A DNA stretch of 64,000 nt from a virus (taxonomy: Duplodnaviria > Caudoviricetes), in the IMG/VR virus record IMGVR_UViG_3300025015_000022, positions 20,465-84,464 of that record. The stretch is one strand, 5' to 3'. Below, in pieces: positions 48,934-57,020 of the stretch. Position 1 is the first letter of the stretch. Every line of letters begins with the position of its first letter. The notes beneath the pieces are model-generated. The model saw nothing but the letters and a program-made list of their open reading frames with translations, made no database searches and was not told where the DNA came from. The position numbers were made by a program, and so were the translations under genes.

Positions 48934-49183
48934 CTCGCTGGTTTCGCGCACTTTCGTGTGCATGGACTACGCTATCAGGCGCGTCCAGATCTCTAGCCCA
49001 CTCGCCAAATAACACCGAATCAATACGCGCACTTACGCTCTCGAAACGGGCGCGATCGTTTGCGAGAACGCACTGGTGGCCATCCATATCTGGAAGGTCT
49101 GCACGTGGGCCAACGTCGCGCGTCGGTGTTCTCGCGAGGCCTGGCGCGCGATGGCTGGCGCAAACAATCGACCGCTCGCAGCT

Positions 49184-49242
49184 AGAAAAGTGTCATCGTC
49201 AGCGTCTTTTTTGTACCCATCGCGGGCCATCGAAGGTACAAC
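49184..49242 (+). promoter_or_regulatory. early promoter cassette, copy 1
   Basis: AGAAAAGT-N14-T-tract-TTGT-N22-TACAAC, same 59-bp spacing as copies 2 and 3; -35 is poor in this copy. Confidence 0.55.
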
Positions 49243-49281
49243 AGCATCGTGGGCAGCGAGAACAACGCGAGGAGCACGACG

Positions 49282-49473
49282 ATGGTGAACGCTGGAGACC
49301 GCATCCGCATGATTGAGATGCCCGACGATCCCGACCCCATCCCGGCCGGCGCCACCGGCACGGTGTTCGCGGTGACCACAGGGCGCTTCGCGCAGATCGA
49401 CGTCGACTGGGACAACGGTCGCACGCTTTCGCTGGTGCCCGGCGTCGATCGCTTCGAAATCATCAACGGCTGA
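49282..49473 (+). CDS. DUF4314-like protein
   Basis: GDRIRMIEMPDDPDPIPAGATGTV...IDVDWDNGRTLSLVPGVDRF. Confidence 0.8.
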   Translation: MVNAGDRIRMIEMPDDPDPIPAGATGTVFAVTTGRFAQIDVDWDNGRTLSLVPGVDRFEIING

Positions 49474-49488
49474 CCAGGAGCAACGACG

Positions 49489-49701
49489 ATGACCACCACG
49501 CGCGACATCAGCAAGGCCAAGAGCATCTACCGGCGCATCCGCCAGAACGTGAACGCGTACTACCAGCACGAGCGGTCGCTCGACGAGTTCGAGATGCGCG
49601 CTCGGATGCTCTGGATCGAAGCCGAGAACGAGGGGCCCTTCGTGTACAGCTACCTCGGATCGCTGGTGAACGACGCGCTGCAGGGCAAGGTGGCGAAATG
49701 A
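49489..49701 (+). CDS. hypothetical protein
   Basis: AGGAG RBS; ORF track. Confidence 0.6.
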   Translation: MTTTRDISKAKSIYRRIRQNVNAYYQHERSLDEFEMRARMLWIEAENEGPFVYSYLGSLVNDALQGKVAK

Positions 49702-49937
49702 AAGCGAAGGCCGACGCGACGATGTACGAGATGCTGGACCTGCTGCGCGAGGCGGCTGCGCAGAACGCTCGCGACGCGACGAGCGCAGCAGAGCGCCACT
49801 ACTGGCGGCTCGCAGCCAGCGAGTTCGCGACCGCGATGAAGCGGAAGACCATCCACATGATCGAGTGCTACATCGAGTTCGCGGACGACTGGATCGGGAT
49901 GGCCACCGACGAACGTGTCGCTGAGTGGGTGGTGTAG
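49698..49937 (+). CDS. hypothetical protein
   Basis: Overlapping start/stop. Confidence 0.6.
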   Translation: MKAKADATMYEMLDLLREAAAQNARDATSAAERHYWRLAASEFATAMKRKTIHMIECYIEFADDWIGMATDERVAEWVV

Positions 49938-49940
49938 ACC

Positions 49941-50186
49941 ATGAAGCTGACCATCGAGCAGAAGCGGGCTCGCCGGCGCGAGCGACTGGAGCAGCAGGCC
50001 TCGCTCGAGCGGGCGTACCAGGAGACGATCGAGATCGTGCGCAAGGGCAAGTGCCCGCAGTGCGGGGGCCCGCTGCGTCGCAACCTGGCGATCAGCGGCT
50101 GGTGGCAGTGCGGGCAGTACGGCGCGGTGGGGTTCCGCCAGGACGCGTCGAAGCCGGCGTGCTCCTGGCAGGGATTCACGAACTGA
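49941..50186 (+). CDS. zinc-ribbon protein
   Basis: CPQCGG...WWQC...C. Confidence 0.65.
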   Translation: MKLTIEQKRARRRERLEQQASLERAYQETIEIVRKGKCPQCGGPLRRNLAISGWWQCGQYGAVGFRQDASKPACSWQGFTN

Positions 50187-50254
50187 GCGATGGCCTGGCG
50201 CTGCCGAGTGGCTGACGCTGGGTGGACGATGACTCTCACGAGGAGGTTCTGACC

Positions 50255-50752
50255 ATGACCACGAAGTTCCAGTCGACCGGGACGTTGCTGAACGACGCGT
50301 GCGCGAAGTACATCGAGCACATCACGCCGACCGCGAAGCCGTCGACCGTCGGCACGGTGAAGCGCACGCTCGACCTGCTGGTCGAGGTGATGGGCGAGGA
50401 GAAGCAGGTCGAGAAGATCCTGGCGGTGCACGTGAACAGCTTCTACGCCAGCGAGCAGGCGACGATGCTGAAGGGCAAGCCACGGGCGGCGGCGAGCGTG
50501 CTCCAGATCCGGCGCATCGTGCGCGCGGCCATCGTCTGGTGGCACGAGAACGGGCTGATCGAGAAGCTGCCGCTGCCGGCCGCAGAGAAGGTCATCCAGG
50601 AGAAGCACGAGAACGCGCAGGCCAAGAAGCAGGAGAAGCTCGAGAAGAAGGCGGCGAAGGCCAGCAGCTCGAGCAGCACCAGCGACGCCACGCCCACAGA
50701 CGCCGGCCAGCCCGAGACCAGCGACTCGACCGACGACCAGCCCGCCGAGTAG
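50255..50752 (+). CDS. stand-alone integrase core-binding (SAM-like) domain protein
   Basis: TLLNDACAKYI...STVGTVKRTLDLL...VHVNSF...SVLQIRRIVRAAIVWWHENGLIEKLP pattern; no catalytic domain. Confidence 0.5.
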   Translation: MTTKFQSTGTLLNDACAKYIEHITPTAKPSTVGTVKRTLDLLVEVMGEEKQVEKILAVHVNSFYASEQATMLKGKPRAAASVLQIRRIVRAAIVWWHENGLIEKLPLPAAEKVIQEKHENAQAKKQEKLEKKAAKASSSSSTSDATPTDAGQPETSDSTDDQPAE

Positions 50753-50782
50753 TGCTACGCTTCCAGTGCGACGGAGGATCCC

Positions 50783-51223
50783 ATGCCAATCTACGAACCG
50801 AATGGTCGTGCTCGCGAGTACGCAGCGCTCGCGCTCAACCACTACCGGGGGTGCTCGCACGGATGCACCTACGGATACTGCAAGCGCAACGGCGAGCGGT
50901 ACGGCAGGTGGACCACCAGCCCGACGCCAGCGCTCACTGTGGAGGACGTGGAGCGCACGTGCCACAAGTACGCAGGCAGCCAGGCGACTGTGCTGCTGTC
51001 GTTCACGACCGACCCCTACAACCACCGCGACGCGGAGATCGGGTTCACGCGTACGGTGCTGGTCACGATGTACAACTCCCGCATCCCCGTCTCGGTGCTC
51101 ACGAAGGGTGGCCGGCGCTGTATGCGTGACCTCGACGTGTTCCAGCGCTTCGGTCGCAGCATCCTCGTGGGCGCGACGCTGACGGGCTGCGACGACCTGA
51201 CGATCGCCGCGTGGGTGCGGTGA
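50783..51223 (+). pseudogene. truncated radical SAM protein (SPL-like family)
   Basis: IYEPNGRAREYAALALNHYRGCSHGCTYGYC, LLSFTTDPY, SVLTKGG, GATLT; third motif Cys appears as Gly; ORF stops at 146 aa. Confidence 0.6.
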
Positions 51224-51226
51224 CGC

Positions 51227-51255
51227 TTGAAAACCATCGCCGCTGAGGGTACTAT
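51227..51255 (+). promoter_or_regulatory. sigma70-type promoter
   Basis: TTGAAA-17 nt-TACTAT. Confidence 0.75.
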
Positions 51256-51257
51256 CT

Positions 51258-51356
51258 GTGGTGACCGCGGTTGGAGCCGGCCAGCTTCCTACCGCGAGGG
51301 ACGTCCTGGGTGCCCGAACACCTGGGAGCCGCGGTCACCACTTTCCTTTCGGGAGG
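51258..51356 (+). ncRNA. cloverleaf leader RNA, copy 1 (C4/CI-like antisense candidate)
   Basis: 13-bp closing stem 51258-70/51329-41; loops CGGCCA (51278-83) and CCCGAA (51313-18); CCTTTCGGGAGG at 51345-56. Confidence 0.65.
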
Positions 51357-51362
51357 AACCTC

Positions 51363-52163
51363 ATGAGCACGAGTGCGCGCGTCAAGCCCAAGCCGAGGTC
51401 CAATTCAGCAGAACTTACAAACTTGGATCTGAACAACCTCACGTTTCGCAAGATTCGAGGCATCGGCTACAAGGCCAAACTGGTCTTGCTGGCGATCATC
51501 AACCACAGAGACCCACACGACAACACGTGCTATCCGTCGCTCCCAAGGCTGGCAGAGGTTTGTGATATGTCAGAACACGGCGTCACCAGGGCGCTAGAAG
51601 TGCTGCTGAAGGAGGGCAGGCAATTCGTGGCGCGTGTACCAGGAACAGGGAGGTGCGGACGCGTCTCGACGTACATGGTGACGGTTGACAGCGAGGGGAA
51701 CCCTGACCCGTCGAAGGTTCCCCAGCGCAAGACGAAGCCACGTGTGAAGACAACGGACGCCACGCCGGTTGACCTGTGGGCGGGCCATGGGATGACCGAG
51801 AAGGAAGCTGAGCGCGTGTTCGACGCATGGGTCAAGACGTTCCGCATGGGGCCTGGGTACACATTCACCGATGAACGGCGCGAAGCGATCAAGGCGAGGG
51901 CGAAGGAAGGTACAACGTGCATGGAGTCACTTGTCGCGCTCCGCGGCTACCGAGTTGCAAAGGACATCTACATTCCGTCGCAGGACAAGACGCGTGGCGA
52001 GATCCCGGCCATGAATGACTTCTGCCTGATCTTTCGCGACGACACCAAAATGCGGCAGTTTTTCCAGGAGGCGAAGGCGGATATGAAGCGTAAGGGACTC
52101 TACCTGAGCGACGACCGAAAAACGGTGGTCGACAAGGACGGTGATCCAATTGGTGTCGCGTAG
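51363..52163 (+). CDS. phage replication initiator (HTH_36-like N-terminus)
   Basis: KAKLVLLAI...CYPSLPRLAEVCDMSEHGVTRALEVL; C-terminal FTDERREAIKARAKEG...DFCLIFRD. Confidence 0.7.
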   Translation: MSTSARVKPKPRSNSAELTNLDLNNLTFRKIRGIGYKAKLVLLAIINHRDPHDNTCYPSLPRLAEVCDMSEHGVTRALEVLLKEGRQFVARVPGTGRCGRVSTYMVTVDSEGNPDPSKVPQRKTKPRVKTTDATPVDLWAGHGMTEKEAERVFDAWVKTFRMGPGYTFTDERREAIKARAKEGTTCMESLVALRGYRVAKDIYIPSQDKTRGEIPAMNDFCLIFRDDTKMRQFFQEAKADMKRKGLYLSDDRKTVVDKDGDPIGVA

Positions 52164-52173
52164 TTACATCATG

Positions 52174-52343
52174 CTAGCCTGCCAACTTGGCGCCCAAGCG
52201 CTAGCCTGCCAACTTGGCGTTTTCATCATGCCAACTTGGCGACGTGCTGGGCGCCAACCTGGCATCCAAGGAAGTCCCCAGGTTGGCGGAATGAACAGAC
52301 CAAGGGGAACAGACCACTGTGAACAGACCAATAGGGAACACCA
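52174..52343. repeat. iteron-like repeats (candidate origin)
   Basis: GCCAACTTGGC x3, GCCAACCTGGC x1, inverted CCAGGTTGGC x1, then GAACAGACCA x3. Confidence 0.6.
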
Positions 52344-52437
52344 GCGGCGGCCCGCTGGCACGTTTCTCGTCGCTCACGCCTCGGATCGCGCGCGCCACGT
52401 TGACGCGCTCGACCTGTGGCTTTCGTAGGAGGTGCGC

Positions 52438-52962
52438 ATGAGGCGGTTCGTGGCAACGATGCTGGGCGGGGTGCTCGGTGGCGTGATCGTGGTTGGCGGG
52501 GTGCTCGCGTGGGTGCTGCTCTCGGGATCGGTGGCGAAGGACGAGACCTCCCCCGCCGTTCCCCAGGTGGCGGCCACCGTGGCCACCGTTCCCCCCGTCG
52601 TCGAGGCGCCCAAGATCGGCGAGGTGCGCGCTACCTCGTTTGTGCTGGTCGACGCCACGGGCAAGACGCGCTGCGAGATCGGGGTGGAACCAGACGGGTC
52701 GTTCCTGGCACTCAATGACGCCATGGGCAACGCGCGGATCTTGCTGGGTGTTAACGGCGACAAGGCCCGCGTGGTCGTGGCTGGTCTCAATTCCAGGGCC
52801 AGCGCAGGGATCGCGGTGTACGAGCAATCGCCGGTCGTGGTGCTGAAGGACGGGAACGGGGCCGTGCGCGCGAACATGGGAATCTTGCCCGACAGCGGCC
52901 CGTGGGTGGCGTTGCAAGACGGGAACGGCAACCAGACGTGGTCGACGGACGGGAGGCGGTGA
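52438..52962 (+). CDS. membrane-anchored protein with short beta repeats
   Basis: N-terminal TM helix; EVRATSFVLVDATGKTR followed by repeated L-x-D-x-x-G-x-x-R units. Confidence 0.7.
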   Translation: MRRFVATMLGGVLGGVIVVGGVLAWVLLSGSVAKDETSPAVPQVAATVATVPPVVEAPKIGEVRATSFVLVDATGKTRCEIGVEPDGSFLALNDAMGNARILLGVNGDKARVVVAGLNSRASAGIAVYEQSPVVVLKDGNGAVRANMGILPDSGPWVALQDGNGNQTWSTDGRR

Positions 52963-53002
52963 TGGCTGGCGTCTACACCCCCGCGGGTCAAGAGGTGATG
53001 CG

Positions 53003-53929
53003 ATGAAGTGTTACAAGTCCGATATCCCGTGGTGTGACTACGGATCGTCGCCGGTCACAGGCTGCTACCACCCGTGCCGCCGGCAGTTCTGCTACGCCGC
53101 TGCGATAGTGAAGCGCTGGCATGGACCCGGCGGTGATGGGATCGATCCACCTGCGTGGGATGGCCTGCACGTTCTCGACGAGCCGTTTCGCTACCAGCAC
53201 GAGCGCGACGCTGACGGACACCCCTCGGCAGACCCATACCCGTTCGGCTTCCACCCGACGTTCCACCGCTACCGTATCGACGTGCCGGCGCCGCGCAAGC
53301 CCGGGAGGGTGTTCGTCGTTCCCATGGGCGATCTGTGGGGTGAGTGGGTGCCGTTGACGTGGCAAGACGAGGTGCTGGCTGCGTGCTCTCGGGACAAGCG
53401 CCACGATTACCTGTTCTGCACGAAGAACCCGCAGGCGTACCGGGGCATCGACTGGAGCGATAAGCCGTGGGCATGGCTGGGTGCGACGGCGACGGGTGTC
53501 GCTGGCGCAGGCGGGTTCCACGGAGCTGCGGCGCACCTGGCTGTTCTTCGCGGCAAGCCGACGACGTTCATCAGCATGGAGCCGTGGATGGGTGGCGATG
53601 ATGGTCTCGACGCGATCGGGGCTGTCGTCGGATCGTGCTCACTGGCGTGGCTCATCATCGGACCGCTCACCGGCACGAAGGCGCGCACGGCGCCGCCCGT
53701 CTCGCGTGACGCGGTGCTGCAACTGCGTGACGCCTGCCAGCGTGCAGGGGTAGCGCTGTTCGTCAAGCCATCGGCAACCTCCTGGGGCCTGACGCCCGAC
53801 GAGATAGCCACGATGCAGGCGTTCCCGCGACCGCATCCGAACGTCGCCACCTACCGCGACGCCGACGCGTTTCAAGCGCTGCCGTTCGAGAGCGCGGTTC
53901 CCGAGCGTGGCCAGGCGTCGCTGCTCTGA
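53003..53929 (+). CDS. phage Gp37/Gp68 (DUF5131-like) radical SAM-related protein
   Basis: SPVTGCYHPC..FCYA, RVFVVPMGDLW, LFCTKNP, WLGAT, FISMEP, WLIIG, LFVK. Confidence 0.85.
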   Translation: MKCYKSDIPWCDYGSSPVTGCYHPCRRQFCYAAAIVKRWHGPGGDGIDPPAWDGLHVLDEPFRYQHERDADGHPSADPYPFGFHPTFHRYRIDVPAPRKPGRVFVVPMGDLWGEWVPLTWQDEVLAACSRDKRHDYLFCTKNPQAYRGIDWSDKPWAWLGATATGVAGAGGFHGAAAHLAVLRGKPTTFISMEPWMGGDDGLDAIGAVVGSCSLAWLIIGPLTGTKARTAPPVSRDAVLQLRDACQRAGVALFVKPSATSWGLTPDEIATMQAFPRPHPNVATYRDADAFQALPFESAVPERGQASLL

Positions 53930-53931
53930 CC

Positions 53932-54159
53932 TCAGCCCGCTTCGATCTCGTCCAGCAGGTCGTCCATCGGTCGTGGCGACCCCACCTGCCCGCCATCTTC
54001 CAGCCGCTGCAACTGCCCGTGGAACGTCTTGCTGATGGCATCGGCGACGCCGGCCACCAGCTCGTAGTCGGCGTCGTAGCACGTGAGCACCCCGCTCATG
54101 GCCAGCGTGACCTCTCGGAACGCAGCGACCAGCACCTTGCGCGTCGTGTTCGTACCCAT
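53932..54159 (-). CDS. 75-aa hypothetical protein, the only convincing minus-strand gene
   Basis: Minus-strand GGAGG before ATG 54159; occupies a gap free of + strand genes. Confidence 0.6.
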   Translation of the reverse strand: MGTNTTRKVLVAAFREVTLAMSGVLTCYDADYELVAGVADAISKTFHGQLQRLEDGGQVGSPRPMDDLLDEIEAG

Positions 54160-54468
54160 GGGAACCTCCGATCCGACCGTTGCTTCGCGGCGTCGCACTC
54201 GCGGTGCCACCATCTGAGTAAGGCGGCCAGGCGCTCGAACGGGGACAGGCTCGATCGCGTGGCCACCTACTACAACAAAGCCGGGCAGTGCCCGATCGGG
54301 GACAAGCAGACGCGATCGCTTCGAGACGGGCCGTGGCGTCAACGCGACGCTGCCAGGAACGCGCTCGCCTCGTCGCCGGGGTTGTTGGCGCGGATCGGGG
54401 GTCACACGCGCGGAAGGGGCATTGGCGCTTGCGTGGCTGGATACGCAAGTAATCGCGTTGCGACCGCG

Positions 54469-54527
54469 AGAAAAGTATCGCGAGCGTGCGTTTTTTTGTT
54501 GCGGTCCAATGGGCGCGATGGTACAAC
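54469..54527 (+). promoter_or_regulatory. early promoter cassette, copy 2
   Basis: TTGCGG-17 nt-TACAAC with TGn extended -10 and upstream A/T tracts. Confidence 0.7.
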
Positions 54528-54560
54528 ACGGTCATGGGATGGACGAACACGGAGATGAAG

Positions 54561-54812
54561 ATGACCAGCACGACGACGACGCGGACGACGACGACGAGCG
54601 GGATCCCCAGCCACCTGGTCGACCTGGTGAAGCGCCACAGCTTCGCCGAGTTCCGCAGCCTGGACCTGGCCCGCAGCTACGCGGCGCGCTGCACGAAGAG
54701 CCACTGGCTGATCCAGGGCGACATCGACGACGACGGCGAGAACGGCCGCTTCTGGGTGGTGCTGCCCGCGGACGCGGCGCGCCTCGAAGCCGCCGGCTAC
54801 GAGATGATCTAG
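54561..54812 (+). CDS. hypothetical early protein
   Basis: GGAG RBS; first gene after promoter copy 2. Confidence 0.6.
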   Translation: MTSTTTTRTTTTSGIPSHLVDLVKRHSFAEFRSLDLARSYAARCTKSHWLIQGDIDDDGENGRFWVVLPADAARLEAAGYEMI

Positions 54813-54841
54813 AGCGCAACCCGAGACGGATGGAGACGACC

Positions 54842-55669
54842 ATGGGCGACACGAGCGACACGAGCAAGATCACCATCGACGTGAGCGGCGACTTCAACCA
54901 GGCCTCGGCGGATCACGAGCGCTCGAACTGGGTCCACCGCATCGTGCTCGACTGCGACGCGCGCACGGTCGACACCTGCACGATGTACGGCAACGGCACA
55001 CCCGGGCGGATCTGGAGCGGAGTCGACCGCGAGATCGGGCGCATCAACGACGGCGTGGCCGACACCGACGACCTGCGCGACTACCTGGAGAGCGACGAGG
55101 CCCAGGCGCTGCTCGAAGCCATCATCGCGGGCTGGGAGTCGTACCACGACGGCTCGAACTTCGTTGGCCGGCTGACAGAGGGTGCGCAGGACGCCGAGAA
55201 CGAACTGGCACGCGAGATCACCGAGATAGAACTGCCCACCTACTGGAACGCGGGCGAGTACCTGGGTGGCGACTGGAACAGCACGATGCAGGGCTGCGAC
55301 GGCACCGACGAGTGGTTCGACGAGCACGCAGACACCGAGGTCGAGAACGCCAAGCCCGACGCGTGGCTCGACCGCAGCGCGGTGCGCGAGGCGATGGTCG
55401 ACCACTGGGAACGGTTCGAGCTTCCCTCGCTCATGGCCGACGGTGTCGAGGTGCACAACGGGCACGAGGTCGGCAACGGCTACGACGCGTCGGCGCGGTT
55501 CGACGGCTCGACGGTCGAGGCCTGCGTGCGCTGCGTGTCGACGCACGAGGGCTGGACCGACTGGGTCGAGGTCAAGGGCGAGGATCCGAAGACGCTGGCC
55601 GACCTGCGGGCCATCGCGATCCGCGCGGCCTCGTGCCCCGGCGACTTCATGCCGCGCGACGAGGAGTAG
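54842..55669 (+). CDS. highly acidic hypothetical protein
   Basis: About 60 D/E versus about 20 K/R in 275 aa (hand count). Confidence 0.7.
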   Translation: MGDTSDTSKITIDVSGDFNQASADHERSNWVHRIVLDCDARTVDTCTMYGNGTPGRIWSGVDREIGRINDGVADTDDLRDYLESDEAQALLEAIIAGWESYHDGSNFVGRLTEGAQDAENELAREITEIELPTYWNAGEYLGGDWNSTMQGCDGTDEWFDEHADTEVENAKPDAWLDRSAVREAMVDHWERFELPSLMADGVEVHNGHEVGNGYDASARFDGSTVEACVRCVSTHEGWTDWVEVKGEDPKTLADLRAIAIRAASCPGDFMPRDEE

Positions 55670-55672
55670 ACG

Positions 55673-55894
55673 ATGACCTCTACGACCCCCACCAAGCCCA
55701 CCACCGAGCACTGCGGCAACTGCGCCAACACGCGCTCCGATACCAGCCACACCGTGTGCACCGCCTCGCGGGACGTTGGGACGATGAACTACCGTCCGCG
55801 GACTGTGCGCTGCGTGTGCAGCTTTGTGGCCGACAGCACGAAGCCGCGCAACTGCCCGGGGTGGGTGGCGGCGTGGAAGGCGGTGGCCCGATGA
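55673..55894 (+). CDS. Cys-rich small protein
   Basis: CGNC...C...CVC...NCPGW. Confidence 0.6.
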   Translation: MTSTTPTKPTTEHCGNCANTRSDTSHTVCTASRDVGTMNYRPRTVRCVCSFVADSTKPRNCPGWVAAWKAVAR

Positions 55895-56325
55895 CCACGT
55901 TCGACCGCTCGACGCTCGCGACCTCGCGCTACGATGCGATCTCGCTGCCACCGCTGTTCACGTGGTCGACGCCGATGGACCGCCACGTCATCCCATGGCG
56001 CGTGGCCTGGCCGTCGAGGCTGCATGCGCTCATTGTGGGTGCGCGCCTCGACGCGGGGAGCACGGTGGACGACCGGTACGCGGATCTGCACGTCGACTAC
56101 CACCGCGACGTGAACGGCCGGCGCACGCTGGAAGTGTGGCTGCGCGACAACCGCGACCACGAGGCACACTGGCGACGACTGTGCGCGCTGGCGGGGTGGC
56201 TGTGCCGCGAGGGCTTGATGGCGCGCTACGGCGGGCTGCCGACCGCTGACGCCAACTTCACCGGCTGCGAGTACCTGCTGGTGAGCGACGACCTGAGCAT
56301 CGACCACGAACCGACGAAGGGGTAG
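55891..56325 (+). CDS. hypothetical protein
   Basis: ATG overlaps upstream TGA. Confidence 0.55.
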   Translation: MTTFDRSTLATSRYDAISLPPLFTWSTPMDRHVIPWRVAWPSRLHALIVGARLDAGSTVDDRYADLHVDYHRDVNGRRTLEVWLRDNRDHEAHWRRLCALAGWLCREGLMARYGGLPTADANFTGCEYLLVSDDLSIDHEPTKG

Positions 56326-56328
56326 ACC

Positions 56329-56598
56329 ATGGACCGCAAGCGACTGGCCGACGCGATAGAGGCGACGCGGGTGCTCTGCGACGCCATGGGCACTCGTGAC
56401 GCCGCGGGGACGTGGACGAAGAACCCCGCGGTGACGCACGAAGCGCACTCAGTGGCGCACCTGCACGCGAACATCCTGCACTCGCTGTGGATGGGGCACC
56501 CGGGCACCGTCGAGGTGCTGCGCGACTGCCTGGCCATCGCGGAGGCGCCGGAGAGCGTCGAGGCCACCGAGAGCGAACCGACGAAGGCGAAGGGGTAG
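56329..56598 (+). CDS. hypothetical protein
   Basis: ORF track, RBS. Confidence 0.55.
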   Translation: MDRKRLADAIEATRVLCDAMGTRDAAGTWTKNPAVTHEAHSVAHLHANILHSLWMGHPGTVEVLRDCLAIAEAPESVEATESEPTKAKG

Positions 56599-56601
56599 AT
56601 C

Positions 56602-56844
56602 ATGCTGCACCCGAAGAGCCGCTTCACGAGCCCCAGCGACGTAACCACCTCGACCAACCCCGTGGCCACCGCGTTGCAGATCTTGCGGGCCATGCGCCGC
56701 AACGTGACCGCGCGAGCGTACGGGCGCATCGACGCGCGCACCTTCGCACAGCGGGTCGACCGCCTGTGGCGCGAGGCAGAGATCGCAGGCGACGAGGTGT
56801 ACGCGATCGTCAACGAGCGCTTTGACGGCAGCGCGGCTGCGTAG
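56602..56844 (+). CDS. hypothetical protein
   Basis: ORF track, RBS. Confidence 0.55.
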   Translation: MLHPKSRFTSPSDVTTSTNPVATALQILRAMRRNVTARAYGRIDARTFAQRVDRLWREAEIAGDEVYAIVNERFDGSAAA

Positions 56845-56867
56845 GTGATCACGTGGCCACGATGGAG

Positions 56868-56896
56868 TTGCGCGTTGACCGACAGCGCGCTATCGT
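56868..56896 (+). promoter_or_regulatory. sigma70-type promoter
   Basis: TTGCGC-17 nt-TATCGT. Confidence 0.55.
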
Positions 56897-57013
56897 AGGG
56901 ACGAAGGGCGCGGTACGTGGTTCGCCGGCCAGCGACCACGGAAACCGCCTCGCGGGATCGGAAGGGTGCCCGAACACCCCGATGACGCGCCCCGTCCCTA
57001 ACCTTTCGGGAGG
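56897..57013 (+). ncRNA. cloverleaf leader RNA, copy 2
   Basis: Closing stem AGGGACG-AA-GGGCGCG/CGCGCCC-CGTCCCT; loops CGGCCA (56926-31) and CCCGAA (56969-74); CCTTTCGGGAGG at 57002-13. Confidence 0.65.
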
Positions 57014-57020
57014 TACCACC

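Noticed and set aside
50255-50752. Functional integrase or prophage att site
   Set aside because: No catalytic domain, and no att core or host flank is visible; lifestyle remains undetermined.
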